A stretch of DNA of 64,000 bases from Tubiluchus corallicola (lineage: Eukaryota > Animalia > Priapulida). The stretch lies in NCBI GenBank assembly GCA_030141605.1, contig JAQGDQ010000107.1, forward strand, positions 552,569 to 616,568, written 5' to 3'. The position numbers and the translations under genes are program-made. Positions 46,101-64,000 of this stretch are shown piece after piece; position 1 is the stretch's first letter; every line of letters starts with the position of its first letter. Under the pieces are notes generated by a model that was not told the origin of the DNA, did no database searches, and saw only the letters and a list, made by a program, of their open reading frames with translations.

Positions 46101-47204
46101 AATTAGTGTACTTACTGTATCAATTTCTTTACTGATCTGTTTATTCATTACCTATTTCGCTTCTGTTAACTACTTAATTAGTGCATAATAGGCTCTGCCT
46201 ATATCAACTGGTTGTATGTTTGTAAATTTAGCACTGATGATGACAACAGTAGTCTGTCAAAACGTTTGACATGATTTTAACATTTTAACTTGTAAACTAA
46301 AAGCTTTAATAAAGTTGTGATGTTTTGATAAACATAAATTATAAACAAATTTTACATATGAGCACTCACTTGTGTAAAATTAATGTTGTCAAGTGATCCA
46401 AAATCTCTGATAAATAATAATGCTGGGACAGAAATCCCTGTTTTAAATGAAAATGTAGATCCTGAGAGTGTTTATGCTGCTTAATTATAAACAAACCAAT
46501 TACAGGAACTCACTGGACGATTAGCAAGTCGTTTTGACTGAGATTTTGAGATTAAGCGGCCTATAAGACATTGTGATGAGAACTAGGTCTTTGCGTTTGA
46601 CCGCTGGCTATTGTTTCTAAGAGACAGTATGAGTATTATTCAACATAACAAGACTTTCTGGCATATCGGCCACTCGACTGCTCGGTATCTGGGTCGGTAT
46701 TACAGCTCGAAACTTGTTAAGAATTATTTAAACATCACCATTTATTCGATTGTTCGTTCGTTAAAGGAAAGGTCAACACTTCTAGGATGTTAGACTTATT
46801 TCTACGTTCGCGAAAGATGTTAGAGGGATTTAATAATGAAACTGCAATAAGCGCCTCGTGTAATTAGTAAAATCACTTTATTAAAGTCGCGTTCATTTCA
46901 TCTTTCGGCGCTTCCATTTTCAATGCCAATTCTTCTTCCAATGACGTCATTCTTGAACAGACGTAGAGTTAAATTTCAATCTTCATCAAAAGTATAACAA
47001 TTTTTTATAAAAAATAGATAGTTTGTTATATTTTTGAGTGAACATTAGGTAAATTGCAGAAGTTTGATTTAGTTTAAACAGCGAGTATTTACGGAAAGTC
47101 ACGAAGTCTCCTAGTTACGTCATAATTTTCAAGTGAATGCCGGCAACCACCCCACTCTGAAAATTTCTATTCACAGGTAGTTTTCAAATTTCTTAGTTAT
47201 ATTT

Positions 47205-48125
47205 TTCCAAGTTTAAGTGATAACAGTACAATGAACCTAACATTCTGAGTGACTTGTTCTTTCCTCCAGCACACCACAAACAGTTTAAGTGGTAACTGTA
47301 AAAAAACCCAACATACTGTGTGACTTGTTCTTTCCTCTAGTACACCACAAACAGTTTAAGTGGTAACAGTAAAATAAACCCAACATACTGAGTGAATTGT
47401 TCTTTCCTTTAGCACACCAAACAGTTTAAGTGGTAAGAGTAAAATAAACCCAACATACTGAGTGACTTGTTCTTTCCTTTAGCACACCACAAACAGTTTA
47501 AGTGGTAACAGTAAAATAAACCCATCATACTGAGTGAATTGTTCTTTCCTTTAGCACACCACAAACAGTTTAAGTGGTAACAGTAAAATAAACCCAACAT
47601 ACTGAGTGAATTGTTCTTTCCTTTAGCACACCACAAACAGTTTAAGTGGTAAGAGTAAAATAAACCCAACATACTGAGTGACTTGTTCTTTCCTTTAGCA
47701 CACCACAAACAGTTTAAGTGATAACAGTAAAATAAACCCAACATACTGAGTGAATTGTTCTTTCCTTTAGCACACCACAAACAGTTTAAGTGGTAACAGT
47801 AAAATAAACCCAGCATACTAAGTGACTTGTTCTTTCCTTTAGCACACCACAAACAGTTTAAGTGGTAACAGTAAAATAAACCCAGCATACTAAGTGACTT
47901 GTTCTTTCCTTTAGCACACCACAAACAGTTTAAGTGGTAACAGTAAAATAAACCCAACATACTGAGTGACTTGTTCTTTCCTTTAGCACACCACAAACAG
48001 TTTAAGTGGTAACAGTAAAATAAACCCAGCATACTAAGTGACTTGTTCTTTCCTTTAGCACACCACAAACAGTTTAAGTGATAACAGTAAAATAAACCCA
48101 ACATACTGAGTGACTTGTTCCTTCC
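47205..48125. repeat. 72-bp minisatellite, ~12 copies
   Basis: 24-aa periodicity in ORF 47409-48104. Confidence 0.95.
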
Positions 48126-48229
48126 CTTAATTCATTCATTCTTCATCCTTTTACATGTTTATTCGTTTATCCATTCATTTATTTGTTCATTTGTTAATTC
48201 GTTTATTCACTCATTCATTCATTCATTCT

Positions 48230-48425
48230 GGCATTCGTTTGTAGATATACGAACAACTAAGAAACACCATTTATACAGAAATTAGCTCTATGTATCCAAA
48301 CTTTACGTTCTTATTAGACGATGACAAACTTAAATTATTATTAGGCTCAAATGATTCTAAAATTCTCCAAATTGCTTGTAATTTTGTTTTAAATTGTTTC
48401 AGTTCCCGAATGAACTTATTATAAA
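48230..48425 (+). mobile_element. LINE ORF2 extreme 3' end remnant
   Basis: YPNFTFLLDDDKLKLLLGSNDSKILQIACNFVLNCFSSR resembles LINE C-terminal tails. Confidence 0.4.
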
Positions 48426-48619
48426 TAGAAAGAAAAGGCCAGTATATATAACTAACATCACTTATGTAAACTAAATATTACATATGTATGCAACTATCTT
48501 AAATTTGTTTATGTATATTCATGTTGTATCATTGGGTTTATACATCAGGGTTTGATGATGTGTCTTTGGTTTAAACTGTTGAGTTTGACTTGTGTAATTG
48601 TGTTCTTGATAATGTGGTA

Positions 48620-48857
48620 TAGGCTTTTTGTAGCGCTGCATATGTGTGAAATTGTATCTTCATAAGTAGTGTGTGTATTGTGTGATTTGTAATTGTGATT
48701 ATCCAAAAAAAAGTAATGTGTGTGTGTATGTGTGTATGTGTGTGTGTGTGTGCGTGCGTGCGTGCGTTTTTGTAGCGCTGTTTATATGTGTGAAATTGTA
48801 TCTTCATAAGTAGTGTGTGTATTGTGTGATTTGTAATTGTGATTATCCAAAAAAGTA

Positions 48858-48892
<35 letters not shown>

Positions 48893-49023
48893 CGTGCGTG
48901 CGTATGTACGTGCGTGCGTGCGTGCATGCATTTTTTGTAGCTCTGTTTATATGTGTGTAATTGTATCTTCATAAGTAGTGTGTGGATTGTGTGGTTTGTA
49001 ATTGTGATTATCCAAAAAAAGTA

Positions 49024-49066
<43 letters not shown>

Positions 49067-49180
49067 CGTGCGTTTTTTGTAGTGCTGTTTATATGTGTGT
49101 AATTGTATCTTTATAAGTAGTGTTGGTATTGTGTGATTTGTAATTGTGATTATCCAATAAAATGTAATATATCTGTGTGT
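48620..49180. repeat. Four-copy tandem repeat with variable (TG)n/(TGCG)n cores
   Basis: AATTGTATCTTCATAAGTAGTGTGTG...GTGATTATCCAAAAAA occurs four times. Confidence 0.9.
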
Positions 49181-49653
49181 GTTGCACGTAATCTGGATAA
49201 TTCAATTCAATTAAAGTTTTTATTTCGGTAACTAAGACCATATAAAATACAAGTCCAAAATGAAATTAAATACAATGAAATGAAAATTAGAAGACTAAAT
49301 ATATATATATATATACACGGTTAGTAAATTAAAAGCTAAATAAATTTTAGAGGATGCCTCTACTTTCCCCCTAAAATGGGAGGGTCCAAGTGTGAAGTGA
49401 TCGTGACTTTAAATTGATTTTACTAATCACACGAGACACTAATCACGATTTTATTTCTGAAACTTTTAAGCATCTTTCCCAAGTATTAAAATAAACTCAA
49501 CTTCCTGAGAGACTTGACTTTTGCTTAAACGACGGACAGTTAACGACTCTCTAATTGCCGCACATGACGTAACAGTGGTAGTTCGGCACATTTAACCCCC
49601 CAAAGTCAATCTAAGTCAAAAGGTGAAATATACGAAGTGCGTGACACCTTTAA

Positions 49654-49844
49654 CCCTTAAGTAGCCAGTTCACATACTAACTTTGTACACATTCGCCTGA
49701 ATGCCACTTTTCCATTCTCAGAATAATCTCTCTTACTAGATTTCCTTTTAAAATGCTTACCGTTTGGTCAATAAATTATTGATACCTCTACTTGTGTTGA
49801 TGGTATTTCTGATACAGCCTAATAGTAAAATGGTTGAAGAAGGG
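49654..49844. mobile_element. Short piggyBac-like MITE just upstream of the TATA box
   Basis: TTAA|CCCTT...AAGGG|TTAA with an imperfect 14-bp TIR. Confidence 0.45.
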
Positions 49845-49878
49845 TTAACCCTTTACTCACGGGCTGTAGCAACAGGTC

Positions 49879-49886
49879 TTATATAA
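49879..49886 (+). promoter_or_regulatory. TATA box of the Tyr-rich secreted protein gene
   Basis: TATATAAG ~85 bp upstream of the ATG at 49969. Confidence 0.6.
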
Positions 49887-49968
49887 GCGAAGGTGTCGCG
49901 CATCGCGGGGACCTTTTAACCCAGTAAGTGACGAGTTTGACAAGCCTTGATTTTACTGTGAGGAAGAT

Positions 49969-52900
49969 ATGAAGTCGATAATTTTTCTTGTCAGTTTTTT
50001 GGTAAGTACAGTTTTTTTCTCTCAATTATTGAATAACGAGCTGCCGATTTGTACTTTGAATGCTGATACTTATAACTCTACAAATTAATTTATACACAGG
50101 CCATTACAGATATTATCCTAAATATCAGCAAATACTCTGTCTTTCATCTCTTCTTTACAGCAGAGTAATTATTAAAGTCATACTGCAGTACTGTTTATGA
50201 GTAAAGATTTAGGTGTTGTTCACAGTTAGCAAAAGTCTTACCTCTCCTTTGTAACATTACTAAAAAACCTGTATGGCTAAATGTTTGTCTTATCAGTATA
50301 TTGAGAATTATATTATTTAGTATTATTGTCCAAGTCAGTAGATTTGTTCTTAATCAATAAGCCTAGAAATAATGAAGTTGAACTCAAATCAAAATGTATT
50401 TAACTCCTGTTGTTGATTAATAGCATTATTAACCCAAAGTGTTTTTATCGTTTCATAACAATTTTGACGTGTGTTTCACATAAAATCTAAATGAAATTTT
50501 TAGTTTAATCAAGATTGACCTTATTTTATTGACCGCTAATTAAACTACATGTACATTCTTTTCTCTGGATTATATAAAAATGTAATAATTTTAAAAATTA
50601 CTAATGTTTCCTAAATTAAACTAATAACATTAATGCCCACCAGTGTCTAAAAATCATTTTATCTATATTCGGTAAAGGATAGCAGACTAGGTGACTTTAT
50701 AGTCTTTTCGCTATCCTTTCTCTAGTTCTAGATCTATCTATTCATTTTAACCATTTTTCAAAACTTATTAGAGATTCTTTTATTAATCATGTTTTATTGT
50801 AACACTATAAAGAGATAAATAAAATGAAATTGAAATGAATTTAATTGAATGCAGCTTCTCGTAATGCATCGTTGGCATTCATAAACTATTCATGCGACTG
50901 TAAATAGTGTAATTTTCATTGTTGTGCCTGATTAACTTGCTGGCCATTGAACAGTTTTACTTTTTACACAACATTCGTTAATTTTCTTACAATGAGTAAT
51001 TCGCAAGTAAAACCAGCCAACGCCTCTATTAAGAAAGTTTCTTGAACTTTGTAATGAACACGATTTTGTGTCAAGATCATTTTTGGGTTTTGTGCGTTTT
51101 CGGTAAATTTATCATAAATTTTATGCTGTTTTATTCAGGAAATGAAGCGTTTTTCGTGGGATAATGGTTGACTTTTCTCAAGTAGTTAAATTATTTGCAA
51201 ATTCTTAAACAAAAACAGCCAGTATCTTCAAATAACTTATGAAATATCCAAGCTGAATAAGTTTAAGCAAATGCTGGATATAAACTTTATGTGAGCTAAT
51301 CATATTTGTAAAAAACTGTGTAAAATTTCACATAGCAGCAGACCAGCGTCATAACAGGCATGTTTCATACAGTGTTATAGCCTGCGCAAGACCTGTATGC
51401 AATGAGGCAGTACGTAAGTGGTGTAAAATTTCAAGGCAATTATTTTAAGTATGATCAAAGTTTCATCAGTTTTTGTAAGTGAAGGGTTTTCTTGTGCTTT
51501 AAGACGGTAATTTTAAATTAACGGCACGTATCGGAAGAAAATTCGTAACTTGAATAATTTTTTTTTGTAAACTTTGAAATTCAAAACGTCTTGGCGCTCA
51601 AAGCACTTTCTGGTTCATGCTGCTTTTCTTAGTATTACAACTTTTTAATGTTCTTCTGTCCTTGTATTTTCAAAGTTAATCAGTAATCATACCACTGGAA
51701 GAATAATGTCGAAGTATTTTTTAAAGCATGATTTCCGTTTAACCTGTTATATATGCCACTTACACTCGAATTTTTCGTTTAACTGACCTATCTATTTTTT
51801 GATATGAGAACTCTTTGGAAATGCTATAATACATGATATTATTTTTGCTCGAGATGCTCAATAGATGGCACTGCGCCTCTATTTTTTACCTGTGAAACCA
51901 GCTTACCTGTTAACCTAATTAGTTAAAGCCAAGTTAGTCCGACTACAAAACTCAGGTTTTCTTGCTGCAGAATTCTCTTGTGGAAAACTTGTGATGGTGG
52001 CAAAATTGCTCTATAATTATTTGTTCATAATTACCCTTAATTAATTAACCAGTTTAAGTCAATTAAGAGTTTGGATTAAGATTAAACGAAGTCGAATATA
52101 AAGTCAATGTTGAGTGTTGAATTTTCATTTCACACACAATTTTAGTTACCTAAAAGCGTCACTAATACTTCTTCGTTTAGGCTTCGTAGGCTTTACATTT
52201 TCTGCTGGCTATCCAAGAAGTGACGTCACACTCTACAGTGAATTTGATAGAAAGATGTACGGTGATATCAGAGGTCACAAGGGCGGTGACGTCACACACA
52301 ATTTTAGTTACCTAAAAGCGTCACTAATACTTCTTCGTTTAGCTGTTTGTGTGCTTTACATTTTCTGCTGGCTACCCCAGACGTGACGTCACAGTCTACA
52401 GTGAATTTGATAGGAAGATGTACGGTGACATCAGAGGTCACAAGGCGGTGACGTCACACACAATTTTAGTTACTTAAAAGCGTCACTAATACTTCTCCGT
52501 TCAGGTTTTTGTAGGCTTTACATTTTCTGCTGGCTATCCAAGAAGTGACGTCACAATCTACAGTGAATTTGATAGGAAGATGTACGTTGACATCAGAGGT
52601 CACAAGGCTTTGACGTCACACACAATTTTAGTTACCTAAAAGCGTCACTAATACTTCTCCGTTCCGGTTTTTGTAGGCTTTACATTTTCTGCTGGCTATC
52701 CAAGAAGTGACGTCACAATCTACAGTGAATTTGATAGGAAGATGTACGTTGACATCTGAGGTCACAAGGCGGTGACGTCACACACAATTTTAGTTACTTA
52801 AAAGCGTCACTAATACTTCTCCGTTCAGGTTTTTGTAGGCTTTACATTTTCTGCTGGCTATCCAACAAGTGATATCACAGTCTACAGTGAATTTAATAGG

Positions 52901-54820
52901 AGGATGTACGGTGACATCAGAGGTCACAAGGGCGGTGACGTCACACAATTTTAGTTACCTAAAAGCGTCACTAATACTTCTTCGTTTAGCTGTTTGTGTG
53001 CTTTACATTTTCTGCTGGCTACCCCAGACGTGACGTCACAGTCTACAGTGAATTTGATAGGAAGATGTACGGTGACATCAGAGGTCACAAGGCGGTGACG
53101 TCACACACAATTTTAGTTACTTAAAAGCGTCACTAATACTTCTCCGTTCAGGTTTTTGTGTGCTTTACATTTTCTGCTGGCTATCCAAGAAGTGACGTCA
53201 CAGTCTACAGTGAATTTGATAGGAAGATGTACGGTGACATCAGAGGTCACGAAGGCGGTGACGTCACATACAATTTTAGTTACTTAAAAGCGTCACTAAT
53301 ACTTCTTCGTTTAGGCTTCGTAGGCTTTACATTTTCTGCTGGCTATCCAAGAAGTGACGTCACACTCTACAGTGAATTTTATAGAAAGATGTACGGTGAT
53401 ATCAGAGGTCACGAGGGCGGTGACGTCACACACAATTCTAGTTACTTAAAAACGTCACTAATACTTCTTCGTTTAGGTGTTTGTGTGCTTCACATTTTCT
53501 GCTGGCTATCCAAGACGTGACGTCACCGTCTACAGTGAATTTGATAGGAAGATGTACGGTGACATCAGAGGTCACGAGGGCGGTGACGTCACATACAATT
53601 TTAGTTACTTAAAAACGTCACTAATACTTCTTTGTTTAGGTGTTTGTGTGCTTCACATTTTCTGCTGGCTATCCAAGACGTGACGTCACCGTCTACAGTG
53701 AATTTGATAGGGAGATGTACGGTGACATCAGAGGTCACTTGGGCGGAGACTATAATGTCATATACAACGGACATACAGCAGGAGACAGCAAGCCAGACCT
53801 TGGTCTTATTTATGGATATAGAGGTAAGAATGGTTGCTACTTTCCTTGGAGTTACTGAGAGATTTTTTTATCTCTTAATCAACAACGTCAGCTGTCAACG
53901 TTGCTTATTGGACGAAAGCAAGTTGGACGAAAATGGGATGCCAGTTTATGCCCTTTTGTTGATAGCAACTTGCCCCTCTTTTACTCTGTTTCTCTAAAAG
54001 TGGTCATTGTAATAGTGGCTATGTATTGTATGAACAATTGGAATATATATACAATAGGCTTGTTTTTAATTTAGACAGAATGACTCTTTGATAAAGAACA
54101 GGACAGACTGGGCATGCACTAATAACGTGGCAAACTAATTAGTGTTAGATGATGGTGCTGTCGAAGATGATGATGACGATGATGATGACGATGGTTATGA
54201 TGATGATGATGAAGACGAACACGATGATGACGATAATGATGATGATGATGATGATGACAAAGATGATGACGACAATGATGATGATTGTTGTGATGATGAT
54301 GATAATGATGATGATGATGATGATGGCGGTGGTAGTGGTGATGATGGTGATGATAAGGGCAATGATTATGACGATGACGATAATGATGATGATGAGGATG
54401 GCAATGACGATGACAATGATGACGACGACGACGACTGTAGTGATGAGGGTGATTTTCGTGACAATGATACCAAGTTGTTGACGATGATGGTTATTGTTGA
54501 TGATGGCATTGACGATGCCCTCAAACCTGTATTTTTTCGAGTTTATGGTAGACAAAATGTCAATTAATCATTTGTATTTCTGTCTTGCAGGAAGAGAAAT
54601 CTTCTACCCAGATGGCGCAGAAGGCAGTCGCTTTTTGTATCAGCGAGACGACCGACCTGCCACCTACAGAAGTGACGTCTATCCTGACGACGGCTACATC
54701 TACAGTCGCTATCATCAGCAATATGGCCGCGGTAATGCATATTACCATGACGACCGATTTGGAAATAGTCCAGCCAGGGACGCTGTGTCTAGAAATTTTG
54801 ACGTCACCAAAGAACACTGA
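49969..54820 (+). CDS. Small secreted Tyr/Asp/Arg/Gly-rich protein, ~148 aa; coding exons 49969-50001, 53640-53823, 54591-54820
   Basis: MKSIIFLVSFL|GTAAGT joins in phase 0 to TTTAG|VFVCFTFSAG-YPRRD..., completing a signal peptide, with a CTAAT branch point upstream. A phase-1 G|GTAAGA donor joins TTGCAG|GA-REIFYPDG...TKEH*. There is an AATAAA at ~55637. Confidence 0.82.
52130..53740 (+). repeat. ~162-bp tandem repeat, ~10 copies, made of the intron 1 end plus the first ~100 nt of exon 2 of the Tyr-rich gene
   Basis: Each unit has CACTAAT, a pyrimidine tract, an AG and sequence coding FTFSAGYPRSDVTVYSEFDRKMYGDIRGH. Confidence 0.93.
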
Positions 54821-54906
54821 GTTTATGACGTCATTTTGCTTCGTAGAATCTTCCTGCTTCTTTATTTTTTCACGTGTAACATTTCCAGTTGTGTTACTAT
54901 AGGTAA

Positions 54907-55580
54907 TGGCGCGTTCGCATTACCGAGTTTTCTTGCCAAGTAACTCGCAAGCGTGTTCAGACTAGAGATCAAAGCTGCGAGTTACTCTCCCACAGTGAGC
55001 TTGAGCTGACACTCACTTCTTTACTAGTTGCAAAAATGTCGAGAGTAACTCGCCAAGGCGTTCACACTAGACAGGCGACCGGGCAGTTTGCAAATTCTTT
55101 CCAAGAGTAACTTGCAAAGCAGTTCACACTTGTGATAGAAAACTTGTTAGTCTAAACACGTTGCGCTGTAAGATGTGAGGTTCGATTTCCGACAGTAAGC
55201 TTTGCGAACTAATATGTCTTTTATCATCATCATCATCGTCATCATCGCATCATCATCATCGTCATCATCATCATCGTCATCATCATCGCCATCAGCATCG
55301 TCACCGTCATCATCATCATCATCATCATGATCATCACCATCATCATCATCATCATCATCTTCATCATCAACAACATCATCATCGTCATCATCATTATCAT
55401 CGGTATCATCAGCATCGTTGTTGCCATAATAATCATACTCATTCTTATTGTGAATATCGTCATCATCGTCGTCTTCATCATCATCATTATTATCAAGTAA
55501 CTTGCAAATCAGTTCACGCTTTTGAATTTTTTGTCAGAGAGAATCCTTGCAATAGAAAATTCGCTAGTGTGAACGCGCCT
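54907..55580. mobile_element. PIF/Harbinger-like MITE containing a (CAT)n tract, in the putative 3' UTR
   Basis: TAA|TGGCGCGTTCGCATTA ... TAGTGTGAACGCGCCT|TAA: a TIR with a TAA duplication, plus internal GTTCACACT repeats. Confidence 0.7.
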
Positions 55581-55979
55581 TAAATCACTCATGTCTCCTA
55601 CTGTGAGTGTATATTATGGTTTGTTTCTGGGTTTGTAATAAATGTTTCATAATGTTATAGAAGTAAGAGATATTATTATTAAAATCTCAAAAATGACAAT
55701 TCATATCTATTCTTATAAGATCAGAAAAACTTAAGTGTTTATAATTAATACTCACAACACAACAAAGATGGCAGCACTTCTGCAAACGTCATCGATGCAA
55801 TCACATTCATATAGGTACAGTCTTGACGAAAATTTACTTATAGTATTGCTCATAGGTGGTGCTGACATACCAGGTGATAGACAAACAAGGATTTAGTCAC
55901 GATTATTGTCCGTAATGTGGATAAATAATTAACAGTAACAATGATAATTAATAACTAATAATTAGTACTAGCTAATATG

Positions 55980-56345
55980 ACTTTACAATTTCGTTGAGCG
56001 CACACATAGTTGCTGTAGGTCAAAGGTTAAGTATGCCGCAGCAACGCGTCTTAACAACAACTGTCACGTAATGTGTAGGTAAAGCAAAGCCGACTGCCGC
56101 ATCGGTAAAGAAACTTCAGTTGTTGTTTTTCGTGGACTTTACTTAATTATGCATTAGTCTGCGCGTAGAGTGATTTACTAGCAGAATCTTGCTTGGGAAC
56201 AACAAAAAATGAACTAGGTAAGGTTCTAGCTAGCTGTTAAAATTGTTACTATTATTGTCAAGTGTACACAAATACGTTGTCTTTTACACTTAACCTTTGA
56301 CCTTTTCACGATCATTATCAATCGCTACAGCTACGAAAAGGCTCA
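55980..56345 (+). mobile_element. Family B element copy
   Basis: GTAGGTCAAAGGTTAAG ... CACTTAACCTTTGACCTTTTCAC. Confidence 0.8.
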
Positions 56346-56436
56346 TTAACTCTATACAGACGAAGAGTTCATTAATTACTGATTGATAAACTCAAAGTAC
56401 AGGAAGAAAGAATTTGCCATCATTGGTACGCGATGC

Positions 56437-63179
<6,743 letters not shown>

Positions 63180-63279
63180 CTGCATGTAGTAAATAAAACT
63201 TTGTTGAATTTAGTGAGTAGAATGTATGAGATTTTGACAAAATCAGTTTATGAAGCAGACATAACCTTTAACGAATAAA

Positions 63280-64000
63280 GAAATAAAGGAATCAAACAAT
63301 ACGTTAACAAGATAAAAGAGAATTAAAGGAATCAAACAACAAGTTAACAAGATAAAAAAGAATTAAAGGAATCAAACAATAAGTTAACAAGATAAAAGAG
63401 AAATAAAGGAATCAAACAATACGTTAACAAGATAAAAGAGAATTAAAGGAATCAAACAACAAGTTAACAAGATAAAAAAGAATTAAAGGAATCAAACAAT
63501 AAGTTAACAAGATAAAAGAGAAATAAAGGAATCAAACAATACGTTAACAAGATAAAAGAGAATTAAAGGAATCAAACAACAAGTTAACAAGATAAAAAAG
63601 AATTAAAGGAATCAAACAATAAGTTAACAAGATAAAAGAGAAATAAAGGAATCAAACAATACGTTAACAAGATAAAAGAGAATTAAAGGAATCAAACAAC
63701 AAGTTAACAAGATAAAAAAGAATTAAAGGAATCAAACAATAAGTTAACAAGATAAAAGAGAAATAAAGGAATCAAACAATACGTTAACAAGATAAAAGAG
63801 AATTAAAGGAATCAAACAACAAGTTAACAAGATAAAAAAGAATTAAAGGAATCAAACAATAAGTTAACAAGATAAAAGAGAAATAAAGGAATCAAACAAT
63901 ACGTTAACAAGATAAAAGAGAATTAAAGGAATCAAACAACAAGTTAACAAGATAAAAAAGAATTAAAGGAATCAAACAATAAGTTAACAAGATAAAAGAG
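63280..64000. repeat. 40-bp satellite with a perfect 120-bp higher-order repeat (same family as 44690-46100), running off the window
   Basis: Alternate 60-nt lines are identical. Confidence 0.95.

Noticed and set aside
47409-48104. 231-aa Cys-containing repeat ORF
   Set aside because: It is a by-product of a 72-bp (multiple of 3) minisatellite with no flanking gene signals.

Overview
This is AT-rich, intron-containing animal genomic DNA, probably from a marine invertebrate (species cannot be determined from the sequence), and it is dense in micro- and minisatellites and non-autonomous transposons. It is not prokaryotic, and I found no CRISPR, rRNA or tRNA. By reading splice sites by hand I reconstruct five genes. 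(1) An intronless 1433-aa secreted or surface LRR protein built from an exact 2070-bp internal duplication with patchy hypervariable blocks (1866-6167, -). (2) A 3-coding-exon Ly6/uPAR three-finger (Quiver/Sleepless-like) GPI-anchored protein (12355-18939, -). (3) A 4-coding-exon, ~831-aa secreted silk-like block protein with Gly/His, Gly-Tyr, Gln-Pro and GGYGQQSS blocks (34503-41404, +). (4) A 3-exon, ~148-aa secreted Tyr/Asp/Arg/Gly-rich protein with the same 11-codon first-exon layout as gene 3; its intron 1 holds ~10 tandem copies of its own splice acceptor (49969-54820, +). (5) The six 3' exons of a firefly-luciferase/4CL-like acyl-CoA synthetase with an atypical hinge and no PTS1 (56437-63179, -). 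Other content: a Bel/Pao remnant, LINE 3' ends, piggyBac-, Harbinger-, Tc1- and Kolobok-like MITEs, and several Penelope-type minimal hammerhead ribozyme motifs. The best candidate for an undescribed system is the pair of neighbouring secreted structural or adhesive protein genes. All gene models are manual inferences and need RNA support.
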